A stretch of 64,000 bases of DNA from Alphaproteobacteria bacterium (GTDB lineage Bacteria > Pseudomonadota > Alphaproteobacteria > GCA-2731375): NCBI GenBank assembly GCA_021776235.1, contig JAJFGG010000051.1, positions 25,618 to 89,617 on the forward strand. The letters run 5' to 3'. Position 1 is the stretch's first letter. Every line of letters starts with the position of its first letter. The position numbers were made by a program, and so were the translations under genes. The notes under the pieces are model-generated. The model was not told the DNA's origin. It did not search any database and worked only from the letters and a program-made list of their open reading frames with translations. Positions 46,382-55,806 of this stretch are shown here, in pieces.

Positions 46382-46957
46382 CTATTCCGCCGCCTGATAG
46401 TCGTCGGGGAAGTACTCGCGAACGAATTTGCTGTCGCTGTTATAAGTGTAGCAGGTGTTCAGCATCCCCGCCGGCAAGCGCCGTGGCGGGCGCGGCGCAT
46501 CGCCGCCGCCTTCCCTGGCCTCGCCCATTGGCGCCCGCTCGGTCCAGACAGCCTGCATGGCCGTGGTCGCCATTTGCGCGAGCATTTCCACCAGATGGGT
46601 GCAGCCGCGGCCATGGCCAACCCGCTCGCGCACCATGCGGTTCCAGCCGGGACCGATCCGCAGACCCGCCAGGGCCTCGAAATTCGGCGCCACCAGATGG
46701 CATATGCCATGGGCCCCGACATCCAGCTTGGCCTCGGCCGATTGCACCACCATGGTCCGGTCAATGGTCAGCCGCAGCCACAGATCGTGCACCGGCTCGC
46801 CGGCAGCACGATGGGAATCCAGCAGGTGATGGGAGAACGGCTTGATATCGAGAATATGGCCTTCCACATCGACCAAACCGTCGTTGCGCTGATAGGCGGT
46901 GATCGAAATTGTGCGGTTGTGAATCTGTTCCCGTTCCGTGGCCTGGGAAAGCGGCAT
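46382..46957 (-). CDS. DUF2889-like protein
   Basis: The pattern R.I...Y.R.DG...VEG.L.D.K...HD.WL.L.ID and GCTHL.EML matches my recollection of the DUF2889 family. Lies 5 nt upstream of the SDR gene. Confidence 0.5.
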   Translation of the reverse strand: MPLSQATEREQIHNRTISITAYQRNDGLVDVEGHILDIKPFSHHLLDSHRAAGEPVHDLWLRLTIDRTMVVQSAEAKLDVGAHGICHLVAPNFEALAGLRIGPGWNRMVRERVGHGRGCTHLVEMLAQMATTAMQAVWTERAPMGEAREGGGDAPRPPRRLPAGMLNTCYTYNSDSKFVREYFPDDYQAAE

Positions 46958-47091
46958 TGTGACACCTCGAATTATCTAGAACGTTGTAGCCCTGCGATAG
47001 CGTGCCGGCGGCCAGAAGGCAAGCCGGCAACGGCTGTACGCGGGCTATAATGCCATGTAGATAATGGATCTATCATCGCAAGGCGGTATAA

Positions 47092-48324
47092 ATGCAGACA
47101 GAAACGCGCGGCGGCAAGGACGACCCGTACGGCTGGGTCATGGTGTTCGTCGGGTTTTCCCTGATGGCCCTGAGCTTTGGCGGCCTGGGCGCGGTCGGGG
47201 TTTTTTTGAAGCCAATCGCAATGGAATTCGGCTGGTCGCGCGGCAGCATCGCATTGGGCTATACCACGGCGGCGTTTTCAGCGGCACTGTTCGGTATCCT
47301 CTGGGGCTTCCTTGCCGACCGCTATCCGACCCGGCGCTTCACGGTGATGGGCGCGCTCGCTATTGGTATCGCCATGCTGCTATTGAGCTGGACCACGGCG
47401 CAATGGCAGTACTATCTTTGCTATTTTGTTTTCGGCGCCTTCGGCCATGGGGCTCTGGCAAGCACCATGTGGGCCAATATCGGGCAATGGTTCACCCGCA
47501 ACATGGGCCTGGCCCTGGGCATCGGCCTGGCCGGCGGCGCCTTTGGCCAGGCCGTGGTGCCCCTGTCGGCGCGGTTCCTGATTTCCGCCTACGACTGGCA
47601 GACCGCGTTCCTGGTATTGGGTGCGGTCTATTTGCTGCTGGGCCTGATGATCGCCGCCTTGACCCGCGACCCGCCTGTAAAGCGGGCCCGTCTGGCGGCG
47701 CTCGGCCAGGCCGGGGCCAAGGGCGGCTCCTGGCAGCTGGGCGAAGGCCGCCACGCCGTGACCTGGTTCAGCATGGCCGTCATATTCTGCTGCACCTGCA
47801 TGTCGCTGGCGGTCGTCCATGTCGTCCCCATGCTATCGGACCGGGGTTTCCGCCCGGAGGTCGCCGCCGGCGCCCTGGCCACGTTGATGCTGGTGGGGGT
47901 GTTGGGACGTATGGGCGCCGGACGGATCTGTGACCTGATTGGACCCATACGCACCTATGCCATGATGTCCCTGGGCCAGACCCTGCTGGTGATCTGGTTT
48001 CCCCATGTCGAAACCCTGCTTGGCGTATACCTGTTGGCGGCGCTGTTCGGCTTCGCCTTTTCCGGCGTCATGGCCTCTATGGTGATCTGCGTCAATGTCG
48101 CGGTCCCAGCCCAGGTCGCGGCGCGGGCCTGGTCCATCGTTTCCTTCTTTGCCTGGATCGGCATGGGCACGGGCAGCTACATGGGTGGGTTCATATTCGA
48201 CCTGACCAATGGTTACACCTGGGCCTATGCCTTCGCCGCCGCCATGGGCTGTATCAATTTGGTGGTCCTTGCCCTGTTCTATATCAGCCGCGGCAAACGC
48301 CAGCCGGTTCTGGCCGTTGGCTAG
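47092..48324 (+). CDS. MFS transporter (12 TM segments, oxalate/formate-antiporter-like)
   Basis: 410 aa, with two six-TM halves and a GFLADRYPTRR-type loop-2/3 motif. Confidence 0.85.
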   Translation: MQTETRGGKDDPYGWVMVFVGFSLMALSFGGLGAVGVFLKPIAMEFGWSRGSIALGYTTAAFSAALFGILWGFLADRYPTRRFTVMGALAIGIAMLLLSWTTAQWQYYLCYFVFGAFGHGALASTMWANIGQWFTRNMGLALGIGLAGGAFGQAVVPLSARFLISAYDWQTAFLVLGAVYLLLGLMIAALTRDPPVKRARLAALGQAGAKGGSWQLGEGRHAVTWFSMAVIFCCTCMSLAVVHVVPMLSDRGFRPEVAAGALATLMLVGVLGRMGAGRICDLIGPIRTYAMMSLGQTLLVIWFPHVETLLGVYLLAALFGFAFSGVMASMVICVNVAVPAQVAARAWSIVSFFAWIGMGTGSYMGGFIFDLTNGYTWAYAFAAAMGCINLVVLALFYISRGKRQPVLAVG

Positions 48325-48508
48325 ACCAGGGAAATACACACCCCACAAAACAGGAAAGCAACCTGCCATCAAATTGGATTGTTCGCTACTGCCGGTCCAA
48401 ATTCACCAAATATTCTGTGGAATTTTGAATTTCCGTCTACAATTGCGCCGTTTTCAGATGCCGCCAAGAATAATTTGAACGCGAAAGTGGCATATTCGCG
48501 ATCTGACA

Positions 48509-49411
48509 ATGGCCTGGGTCTGGCAGATTCATTATGAGGATCTCTGTATGCTTCCGACTAAATCAAGCCTCTTCCGCTCAAAGGCATTGGCAATCTTTGA
48601 CCCCAGGTTGGTAGCGAAGTCATCGTTAAGAATGGCAATCGTCGCTATTATGATATTTGTCTCCGCATGCAACGTGATGAGTTCAGTTTACAACTCGAGT
48701 TTCCAATTGGACTCAACCACACCTGAAGCCAGAAAAGAATTCACAGCAAGATATCGCGATACTTTCACATCAACATCCAGCGATACTGAAGAGCTGCCTG
48801 CGGCAAAAGAGGAGATCAATGAATCGACCGCGATCGTGCTTGCTGCTCTTACCTTGACGCCAGTGTCCAACGCCAACCTCCCGCCATCGGTTTTTGAGAG
48901 TTATTGGTATGCGGTTGATCAACGAACTAAGCATCTTATACCGACCATAGATCCGGCAATAATCGGCGGCTCCTACGATTGGACTGCAGGTAGTCGAACG
49001 AACCCAGCCTATGTTGCCATTGAAATCCCCCCTGGCGACTATGTTCTTGGTGCTGGATTGGGTGTTTACATATTTGGGATCCGTTCCATTTCACAAATGC
49101 TGTCGGACGGTATCTTCAAAGACAAAGGCCCGACCCTGACCACCAGAGCGATAAATCCCACTTGGGAACCCAACGATGCAAAACTCGGCAGTATAGACAC
49201 GCCCTATTTTGAAGCCAGAGCCGGCGAGATCATCTATCTGGGTGACCTGCATTTTGTTGCCAGACCGATTGGGCCCGGCGGTGGGAGATATCCGAAATTC
49301 TCACTGTCCGAGGTAACCCAAAACCTGGAAGGCGTACGGGCTTTTCTGCATAAAAATTACCCTGCACTCGAGGCTAAAGTTACCTCCCGCCAACTGCAGT
49401 GGCCGGACTGA
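48509..49411 (+). CDS. hypothetical lipoprotein (start uncertain: 48509, 48548 or 48632)
   Basis: Lipobox-like IFVSAC after a basic n-region. Clearly lower GC than its surroundings. No family recognised. Confidence 0.5.
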   Translation: MAWVWQIHYEDLCMLPTKSSLFRSKALAIFDPRLVAKSSLRMAIVAIMIFVSACNVMSSVYNSSFQLDSTTPEARKEFTARYRDTFTSTSSDTEELPAAKEEINESTAIVLAALTLTPVSNANLPPSVFESYWYAVDQRTKHLIPTIDPAIIGGSYDWTAGSRTNPAYVAIEIPPGDYVLGAGLGVYIFGIRSISQMLSDGIFKDKGPTLTTRAINPTWEPNDAKLGSIDTPYFEARAGEIIYLGDLHFVARPIGPGGGRYPKFSLSEVTQNLEGVRAFLHKNYPALEAKVTSRQLQWPD

Positions 49412-49447
49412 TAGGTGTTCGTTTGCGCAGACTATAGGCCTGACGGT

Positions 49448-50212
49448 ATGGTGATATCTATCAAACGGCTCCTTGCAAGCGTGATCCTTGCAATACCCAT
49501 GCTAACGTTTCTGACCACGGGCCAGGCTAGAGAGGCCCTGCTGATCCCTACGGAAATCCAAGGCGATGAGTTCCTTAGCTGCGCCGCCTTGGATAGCGAG
49601 ATTGAGGGTCTCCATTGGAAGACCTTCGGACTGTACATGGAGATGGACCAATCGACCCGTGGAAACGTCGCCTTCCTGGCCCTCGCCATACTCAGCCCAG
49701 TAACTTTAGTAGGCCTGACGTCTACCGATACCGCGACCAAGGAGTTGATCAGCTACCGTCAGCGCTATGACCGTTTGGTCAAGCTCCATCAGGCAGGAAC
49801 ATGCCCGAGCGTAGTCGAGAAATTTCCGACTGCCGACGATATGGAGAGAGCCAGAGAGGCGGATAAAAAGATATCTAATGCCACACGGCTTGGGAAAATC
49901 AAGGCTTATGCGGGCAAGTGGGTCGGTGCGAGTAAACCTGCCGTAAGCCCGAGTTCAAATTTCACCGCCACCAATTCCATCAACGAAGCCTGTCCCGCAT
50001 TGAAATTCAAGATTAGGGTTCGCAATCAATATCTTTCGGGTTTCGCAAGCGATGGCAAGGGCCGGCGCATCGGCGTTGAGGGTACGGTCCGGATGAATGG
50101 CAGGCTATGGGAAGCCGTGCTCGGAACCGCACCACTAAATGGCAGCCTCTGGGAAGGCACCTACCACATGCCTGGCTGCATCAGGGAGTATCAATGGCAG
50201 AAGATCGAATAG
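49448..50212 (+). CDS. hypothetical secreted protein
   Basis: Signal peptide MVISIKRLLASVILAIPMLTFLTTGQA. Low GC. No family recognised. The ORF begins at 49415 with a non-ATG codon. Confidence 0.5.
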   Translation: MVISIKRLLASVILAIPMLTFLTTGQAREALLIPTEIQGDEFLSCAALDSEIEGLHWKTFGLYMEMDQSTRGNVAFLALAILSPVTLVGLTSTDTATKELISYRQRYDRLVKLHQAGTCPSVVEKFPTADDMERAREADKKISNATRLGKIKAYAGKWVGASKPAVSPSSNFTATNSINEACPALKFKIRVRNQYLSGFASDGKGRRIGVEGTVRMNGRLWEAVLGTAPLNGSLWEGTYHMPGCIREYQWQKIE

Positions 50213-50245
50213 CATCCACCATCAGAGTCGTTATTGACCCTTTCC

Positions 50246-51724
50246 CTAGGCGTTGCGCGAAGCATCCGGGTCCAGGGGATAGATCGGCCGGCGCAGGTTC
50301 TTGAAGGGGAACGCGCTGTAGTCCGAACTGCAAACGCCGGGACCGGCGACCAGCACCACGTGTTTGGCGATGGGGCCGAAACCGGCCCTAAAATGCTGCC
50401 GCGACTTGATCAGGACATAACGCTTGGCCGCCGGGTCGATGCCGGCGTGGGTGAAACAGCCCGTATCAAAGGGCTCGTGGCGCCGTTCCGAGACCACGAT
50501 ATCGACGCCGCCCGCACGCAGTACCGCGGTGCGGCCCATATTCATGGGGCTGCCCGTGGCCATGGGCCCGGTGACGATAAAGCGGCCATCGGTGATGCAG
50601 CGGACGGTACCGCTGACGGCAAGGGGGCGGCCCGCCAGATCCAGCATCGGGCTGTCGGTCTTGCCGCCCAGTTGCAGGCTGACTTCGGCGCCGACACCGG
50701 CATCGATCATCCGGGCCACGCTTTCGGGATCCCAGATCGGCCCCGCCGCGACATCTTCCAGGCCAAGGCGCAGGACCTCTTCCAGCACCTCCATATTGTC
50801 CTGTGGCCCGCCGGCGCCGCAATTGTCACCGTGATCCACCAGGATCACCGGACCCCCATCCAGTTCCCGGGCCCGCGCCAAAGAGACGGCAACCGGTTCG
50901 ATCTCGAAGACAAAGTCACCGCGCCGGCGCCAGGCCTCGTCCATCAATTCGTCCAACAGGCCGCCGGCCGCCGCGGCGTCGCCGTCACCAACCACCACGG
51001 CGCCCAACCCCACATGTGGGATATCCGCCAGGGGAAAGCCGCCAAACACGGAGGCGTTCAGCACTTCGCCCGCGGCCTCGGCCGCCATGGCGCGGTTCAT
51101 GATATCCTTCATGGGCTGAACCAGCGGTGTCTGGCGCAGCATATGGGTCAGCATGGGCAGGGAATGCCACAGCATCACGGGCCTAACCTCGCCGCGCATG
51201 GCCCGGACCAGGGTTTCGCCGGCGCGGCGCCCGGTCTCGGCCATGTCGATATGGGGATAGGTGCAATAGCCGGTAATCACGGTGGCATTGGCAACCATCA
51301 CCGCCGACAGGTTGGTATGGAAATCCAGGGCCACGGCAATGGGCACCTCCGGCGCGACGGCGCGGATAAGGCGCAACAACTCGCCTTCACCGTCGTCATG
51401 ATCTTCCGTCACCATGGCGCCATGCAGATCCAGCATGACGCCGTCACAGCCTTGCCGCACCGCATCACAGATGGACCCGGCCATCTCGTCGAAGGCAGCC
51501 TGATCCACGGCGCCGCTGGGACTGGCGTTGGCGATCAAAGGCACCACGTATTCGGCCCCTTCCCGCTCGGCGATATCGATGTAGGCTGCGATCGGGTTGT
51601 TGGTGCCCCGGTATATATCGACCGCTTTCGCCCCGGATTTCGGACCGAAGGCGCCCAGCGGCGTCGGCAGCGGAGAGAATGTGTTGGTTTCGTGCCGCAT
51701 GGTGGCCAGGACCAGTCGCATCAC
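50246..51724 (-). CDS. M81-family metallopeptidase (MlrC/microcystinase-C-like)
   Basis: N-terminus MRLVLATMRHETNTFSP and the overall 492-aa layout are typical of MlrC-like proteins. Confidence 0.8.
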   Translation of the reverse strand: MMRLVLATMRHETNTFSPLPTPLGAFGPKSGAKAVDIYRGTNNPIAAYIDIAEREGAEYVVPLIANASPSGAVDQAAFDEMAGSICDAVRQGCDGVMLDLHGAMVTEDHDDGEGELLRLIRAVAPEVPIAVALDFHTNLSAVMVANATVITGYCTYPHIDMAETGRRAGETLVRAMRGEVRPVMLWHSLPMLTHMLRQTPLVQPMKDIMNRAMAAEAAGEVLNASVFGGFPLADIPHVGLGAVVVGDGDAAAAGGLLDELMDEAWRRRGDFVFEIEPVAVSLARARELDGGPVILVDHGDNCGAGGPQDNMEVLEEVLRLGLEDVAAGPIWDPESVARMIDAGVGAEVSLQLGGKTDSPMLDLAGRPLAVSGTVRCITDGRFIVTGPMATGSPMNMGRTAVLRAGGVDIVVSERRHEPFDTGCFTHAGIDPAAKRYVLIKSRQHFRAGFGPIAKHVVLVAGPGVCSSDYSAFPFKNLRRPIYPLDPDASRNA

Positions 51725-51749
51725 GGACTCCTCAAATTTTCAGACGGGT

Positions 51750-52763
51750 TCAACTTTGGCGTTGCGGCGGCACGCCATCATCGCTGACCAGATGACAGGC
51801 CACCGCATGCCCCGCGCGAATGCGGCGCAGGGGAGGCGTTTCCTGTACGCAAAGGGCCTGGGCGAACGGACAGCGGGAGGCAAAGCGGCATCCAGGCGGT
51901 AGATCGATGGGGCTGGGCGGATCGCCTTCCAGGCGGATACGGTCGGCCTGCTCGCGGGCCACGGGGTCGGCAGAGGGCACGGCCGAGAGCAGAGCCCAGG
52001 TGTAGGGGTGCAGCGGCTCGGTGAACAACGGGATGCGATCGGCATGCTCCACGATCTGGCCCAGATACATCACCGCGATCTCGTCGCACATATACTGCAC
52101 GACACCCAGATCGTGGGAAATGAACAGATAGGTCAAACCGAATTCCTGTTGCAAGGCGCGCAGCAGGTTCAGGATCTGGGCCTGGATCGCCACGTCCAGG
52201 GCCGAGACCGGCTCGTCACAAACCACCAGCTCCGGCTGGGTCGCCAGGGCGCGGGCGACGCCGACGCGCTGGCGTTGGCCGCCCGAGAACTGATGCGGGA
52301 AAAGCGCCTGTTGCTCGGGCCGCAAACCGACTTTGCCGAACAGTTCGGCGACCCGGGCGTCGCGCTCCCCTGGAGCGCCGATATTCATCAAGTCCATTGG
52401 TTCACGGACAATGGCGCCGGCGCGGACGCGGGGATTGAGCGAGGAATAGGGGTCTTGAAAAATGATCTGCATGCGCCCCCGGGCCTGGCGCAAGGCCTCG
52501 CCTTCCAGGGCGACCAGATCGGTATCGCCCAACCGCATGGCGCCTTCGGTGACCGGCGTCAGGCGCATCACCGCCATGGCCGTGGTGGTTTTGCCCGAGC
52601 CGCTTTCGCCGACGATGCCCAGGGTGGTCCCGCGTTTGACCTGAAACGAGACGTCATCAACCGCGTGAACCTGCGACGCCTTTGCCAGGAAGTTCTTTCG
52701 CGGCAGCTGGAAATAGACTTTCAGATTGGCTACATCCAGCAGGATATCGTCATTAGCGCTCAT
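51750..52763 (-). CDS. peptide/nickel-type ABC transporter ATP-binding protein (DppF/OppF-like)
   Basis: Walker A GESGSGKTT, signature FSGGQRQRV, Walker B VVCDEPVSALD, and a C-terminal oligopeptide-type extension. Confidence 0.9.
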   Translation of the reverse strand: MSANDDILLDVANLKVYFQLPRKNFLAKASQVHAVDDVSFQVKRGTTLGIVGESGSGKTTTAMAVMRLTPVTEGAMRLGDTDLVALEGEALRQARGRMQIIFQDPYSSLNPRVRAGAIVREPMDLMNIGAPGERDARVAELFGKVGLRPEQQALFPHQFSGGQRQRVGVARALATQPELVVCDEPVSALDVAIQAQILNLLRALQQEFGLTYLFISHDLGVVQYMCDEIAVMYLGQIVEHADRIPLFTEPLHPYTWALLSAVPSADPVAREQADRIRLEGDPPSPIDLPPGCRFASRCPFAQALCVQETPPLRRIRAGHAVACHLVSDDGVPPQRQS

Positions 52764-53755
52764 GCCGCCGCTTCCCGTTCCGTCAGCCAGCAGGCGACAT
52801 CGTGGCCGCTATCGATGGCTGTCGAGGGTGGCATTTCCGCGCGGCATTTGGCGTCGGCATATTGACAGCGCGGTGCGAAGGAACAGCCGCTGCCAAGTTG
52901 TGAAAGGGCCGGCACCACGCCTGGAATTTCCAACAGCGGCGGACGCTCCACGCTTGGGGTCTGGGTCAGGTGCGGAACACAGCGGATCAGGCCCTGGGTA
53001 TAGGGGTGCCGCGGATCGGTCAGGATCTGGCCCACATCGGCCTGTTCGATGATATGCCCGGCATACATCACCACGACCCGCTGCGCCATTTCCGCGATGG
53101 CGCCCATGTCGTGGGTAATCATGATGATGGCGGTACCGGTTTTTTCCTTCAGGTCGTTCAACAGATCGAATATCTGCGCCTGCACGGTAACATCCAGGGC
53201 TGTCGTCGGCTCATCGGCGATCAGCACCCGCGGCTTGCAGGCCAGGGCCATGGCGATCATCACCCGCTGCCGCATGCCGCCGGACATTTGATGCGGATAT
53301 TCGTTGATGCGTCTTTCCGCCGCCGGGATGCCCACGGCCCGCAACATCTCCAACGCCCGCGCCATGGCGTCGGCCCGCGACAAGCCTTCATGCAGGCGCG
53401 CCGTTTCGGCAATCTGATCGCCAATGGAATAAACCGGATTGAGCGAGGTCATGGGTTCCTGGAAAATCATCGAGATTTCGTTGCCGCGCACTTCACGCAT
53501 GCGCGGTTCGCTGGCTTGAAGCAAATCCTCGCCATCCAAAAGGATGCGGCCGCCGGCGATGCGCCCGGGCGGGATCGGCACCAGGCCCATGATCGACAGC
53601 GCGGTCATGCTTTTGCCGCAACCGGATTCTCCCACGATGCCCAGGGTCTCGCCGGTTTGCAATGAGATGTTGAGGTTATCGATGACCTTGGCGATACCGT
53701 CGCGGGTCTTGAATTCGACCCGAAGATCCTCGATTTCCAGCAGTCGTTCGGGCAT
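52760..53755 (-). CDS. peptide/nickel-type ABC transporter ATP-binding protein (DppD/OppD-like)
   Basis: GESGCGKSMT, MSGGMRQRV and LIADEPTTALD. 4-nt overlap with the downstream ATPase gene. Confidence 0.9.
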   Translation of the reverse strand: MPERLLEIEDLRVEFKTRDGIAKVIDNLNISLQTGETLGIVGESGCGKSMTALSIMGLVPIPPGRIAGGRILLDGEDLLQASEPRMREVRGNEISMIFQEPMTSLNPVYSIGDQIAETARLHEGLSRADAMARALEMLRAVGIPAAERRINEYPHQMSGGMRQRVMIAMALACKPRVLIADEPTTALDVTVQAQIFDLLNDLKEKTGTAIIMITHDMGAIAEMAQRVVVMYAGHIIEQADVGQILTDPRHPYTQGLIRCVPHLTQTPSVERPPLLEIPGVVPALSQLGSGCSFAPRCQYADAKCRAEMPPSTAIDSGHDVACWLTEREAAA

Positions 53756-53758
53756 CGA

Positions 53759-54673
53759 TTACCTCTCCCTCAGCTTCGGATTTGTCGCATCGTTCAGGCC
53801 ATCGCCAATCAAGCTGACCGCCAGGACGGTCAGGAATATGAAAATCCCCGGAATGGTCACCGTCCACCAGGCGTCCATCAGATAGTCGCGGCTTGATCCG
53901 ATCATGAAGCCCCAACTCATGACATTTGGATCGGCCAGGCCAAGAAAACTCAGGCCCGCCTCGAACAAAATAGCACCGCCAACGGCCAGGGTCGCCTGCA
54001 CCATCAGGGGCGGCATGGCATTGGGCAGGATCACCAGCCAGATAATGCGCCGGTTGCTGGAGCCTATGGAACGGGCCGACTTGACATAGTCGAGAGAGCG
54101 GATGCGCAGGAACTCGGACCGCGCGAGCCGGGCGACCGCCGTCCAACTGACCACACCGATGGCAAATGCGACGGTGGCGACCGACGGTTTGAACAGGGCC
54201 ACGATAACCATCGCGAACAACAGCGTGGGCAGGACCTGGAAGAACTCGGTAATCCGCATCAGAACCTCATCGACCCAGCCGCCGTAATAGCCAGCCAGGG
54301 ATCCCACCGAAAGGCCGATGATCACCGCCAATATCGCGGCGGCCCCCCCCACCGCCAGGGTCGCCCTGCCACCGTGTACGATGCCGGCCAGAATATCCCG
54401 CCCCAGGTAATCGGTACCGAAGGGGACGTTTTCCGTGCCCGGTGGCGACAGGGGCGCCCATACCAGATCGAAGGGATCAACGGTGTAGAAGAACGGCACC
54501 ACCAGGGTCAGAAGCAAAATCCCGATTAACAGGATTAGACCGCCGACCGCCGCTTTGTTGCGCGCGAACATGCGGGCTGCTTCGCGCAAGGGATGCTCGA
54601 TACTAGGCATCTGGATCTCTGCTTCAAACGCTGCTGAAGCGGCTTGGTTCGGGCTGCTGTGTTGTTCGCTCAT
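53759..54673 (-). CDS. ABC transporter permease (DppC/OppC-like)
   Basis: Six-TM permease with the loop YVKSARSIGSSNRRIIW. Confidence 0.85.
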   Translation of the reverse strand: MSEQHSSPNQAASAAFEAEIQMPSIEHPLREAARMFARNKAAVGGLILLIGILLLTLVVPFFYTVDPFDLVWAPLSPPGTENVPFGTDYLGRDILAGIVHGGRATLAVGGAAAILAVIIGLSVGSLAGYYGGWVDEVLMRITEFFQVLPTLLFAMVIVALFKPSVATVAFAIGVVSWTAVARLARSEFLRIRSLDYVKSARSIGSSNRRIIWLVILPNAMPPLMVQATLAVGGAILFEAGLSFLGLADPNVMSWGFMIGSSRDYLMDAWWTVTIPGIFIFLTVLAVSLIGDGLNDATNPKLRER

Positions 54674-54689
54674 GTCAATGCGCGCCCCA

Positions 54690-55676
54690 TCATTCCTTGC
54701 TGCCGAGGCGAATTCGCGGGTCGATCAGGTTGTAGGTAAGGTCGGTCAGAAGATTGAAAATCACCACCACCACGGAGGAGAAGAACAGAATACCCAGGAT
54801 CGTCGGACCATCGCGGCGCAATATGGCTTCCAAGGCCAGAGTGCCCAGGCCGGGCCAGGTAAACACCGCCTCCACCAACACGGCGCCAGACAGAACCTGC
54901 GCGAACTGCAGCCCGGCGATGGTCACGATGGGGATCAAGGCGTTGCGCAGGGCGTGTTTGTAAACCACGACCCGCTCGCTCAAACCCTTGGCACGCGCCG
55001 TACGGACATAATCCGAGCCCAGGACATCCAACATACTCGCCCGCGACAGCCGGCTGTAAAACGCCAGATAAATCAGCGCCAGGGTCAACACCGGCAGCAC
55101 CATGTGGTGCAGCACGTCGAGATAATAATCCAGACTGCCCGGCTGCAGGTCAGGCGCCGCCATGCCGGCCGGTGGAAACAGAGGAAAGAAGGAGGCGAAG
55201 GCGATCAGGAACATAATCCCGGTCCAGAATACCGGTGCCGAAAAGCCAACCAATGCCAGCACCGTGATCAAGTGGCTGAAGGCGCCGTTCGGCCGGCGCG
55301 CGGCGATGACGCCAAATATGGTGCCGATCACCAGCGCCAGGCTCAACGCCGTAATAACCAGTAGCAGGGTCTGCGGCAACGCGTCCCAGATCAATGTGAC
55401 AACCGGCGTATCATAAAAGAAGGAATGGCCCAAATCGCCCTGCAGAATCCTTAGGACATAAAGCCCCAATTGCTCATAGAGCGGCTTGTCCAGGCCATAG
55501 TCAGCCCGGATCTCGGCAATCAATTCCGGACTGATACCGCCCATTTCGCCGGCGATGGTATCGACAATGTCGCCGGGCGCGATATGGATCAGCAGGAAGT
55601 TCAGAATAACGACGGCCAAAATCAGCGCCGCCGCGTTAAGTATCCGTTTAACGACGATAATGGAAATATTGGCCAT
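54690..55676 (-). CDS. ABC transporter permease (DppB/OppB-like)
   Basis: N-terminus IVVKRILNAAALILAVVILNFLLIHIAPGD and the loop YVRTARAKGLSERVVVYKHALRNAL. Confidence 0.85.
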   Translation of the reverse strand: MANISIIVVKRILNAAALILAVVILNFLLIHIAPGDIVDTIAGEMGGISPELIAEIRADYGLDKPLYEQLGLYVLRILQGDLGHSFFYDTPVVTLIWDALPQTLLLVITALSLALVIGTIFGVIAARRPNGAFSHLITVLALVGFSAPVFWTGIMFLIAFASFFPLFPPAGMAAPDLQPGSLDYYLDVLHHMVLPVLTLALIYLAFYSRLSRASMLDVLGSDYVRTARAKGLSERVVVYKHALRNALIPIVTIAGLQFAQVLSGAVLVEAVFTWPGLGTLALEAILRRDGPTILGILFFSSVVVVIFNLLTDLTYNLIDPRIRLGSKE

Positions 55677-55806
55677 GCTGCCTGCCTGTCCCCTACAGAG
55701 CCGGAGGTGCCAGCGACTTTGACTTTCCCCGCGCTCCCGGCTGGGTTTCGAGCCAGGGGCATGAGCGTTGGCTCAGCCCCCGGCCCGCCGGGAAAACGCT
55801 TTGCCC

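Noticed and set aside
50234-51787. 517-aa plus-strand ORF
   Set aside because: It is antisense to the MlrC-like M81 peptidase gene, with shadow-ORF composition.
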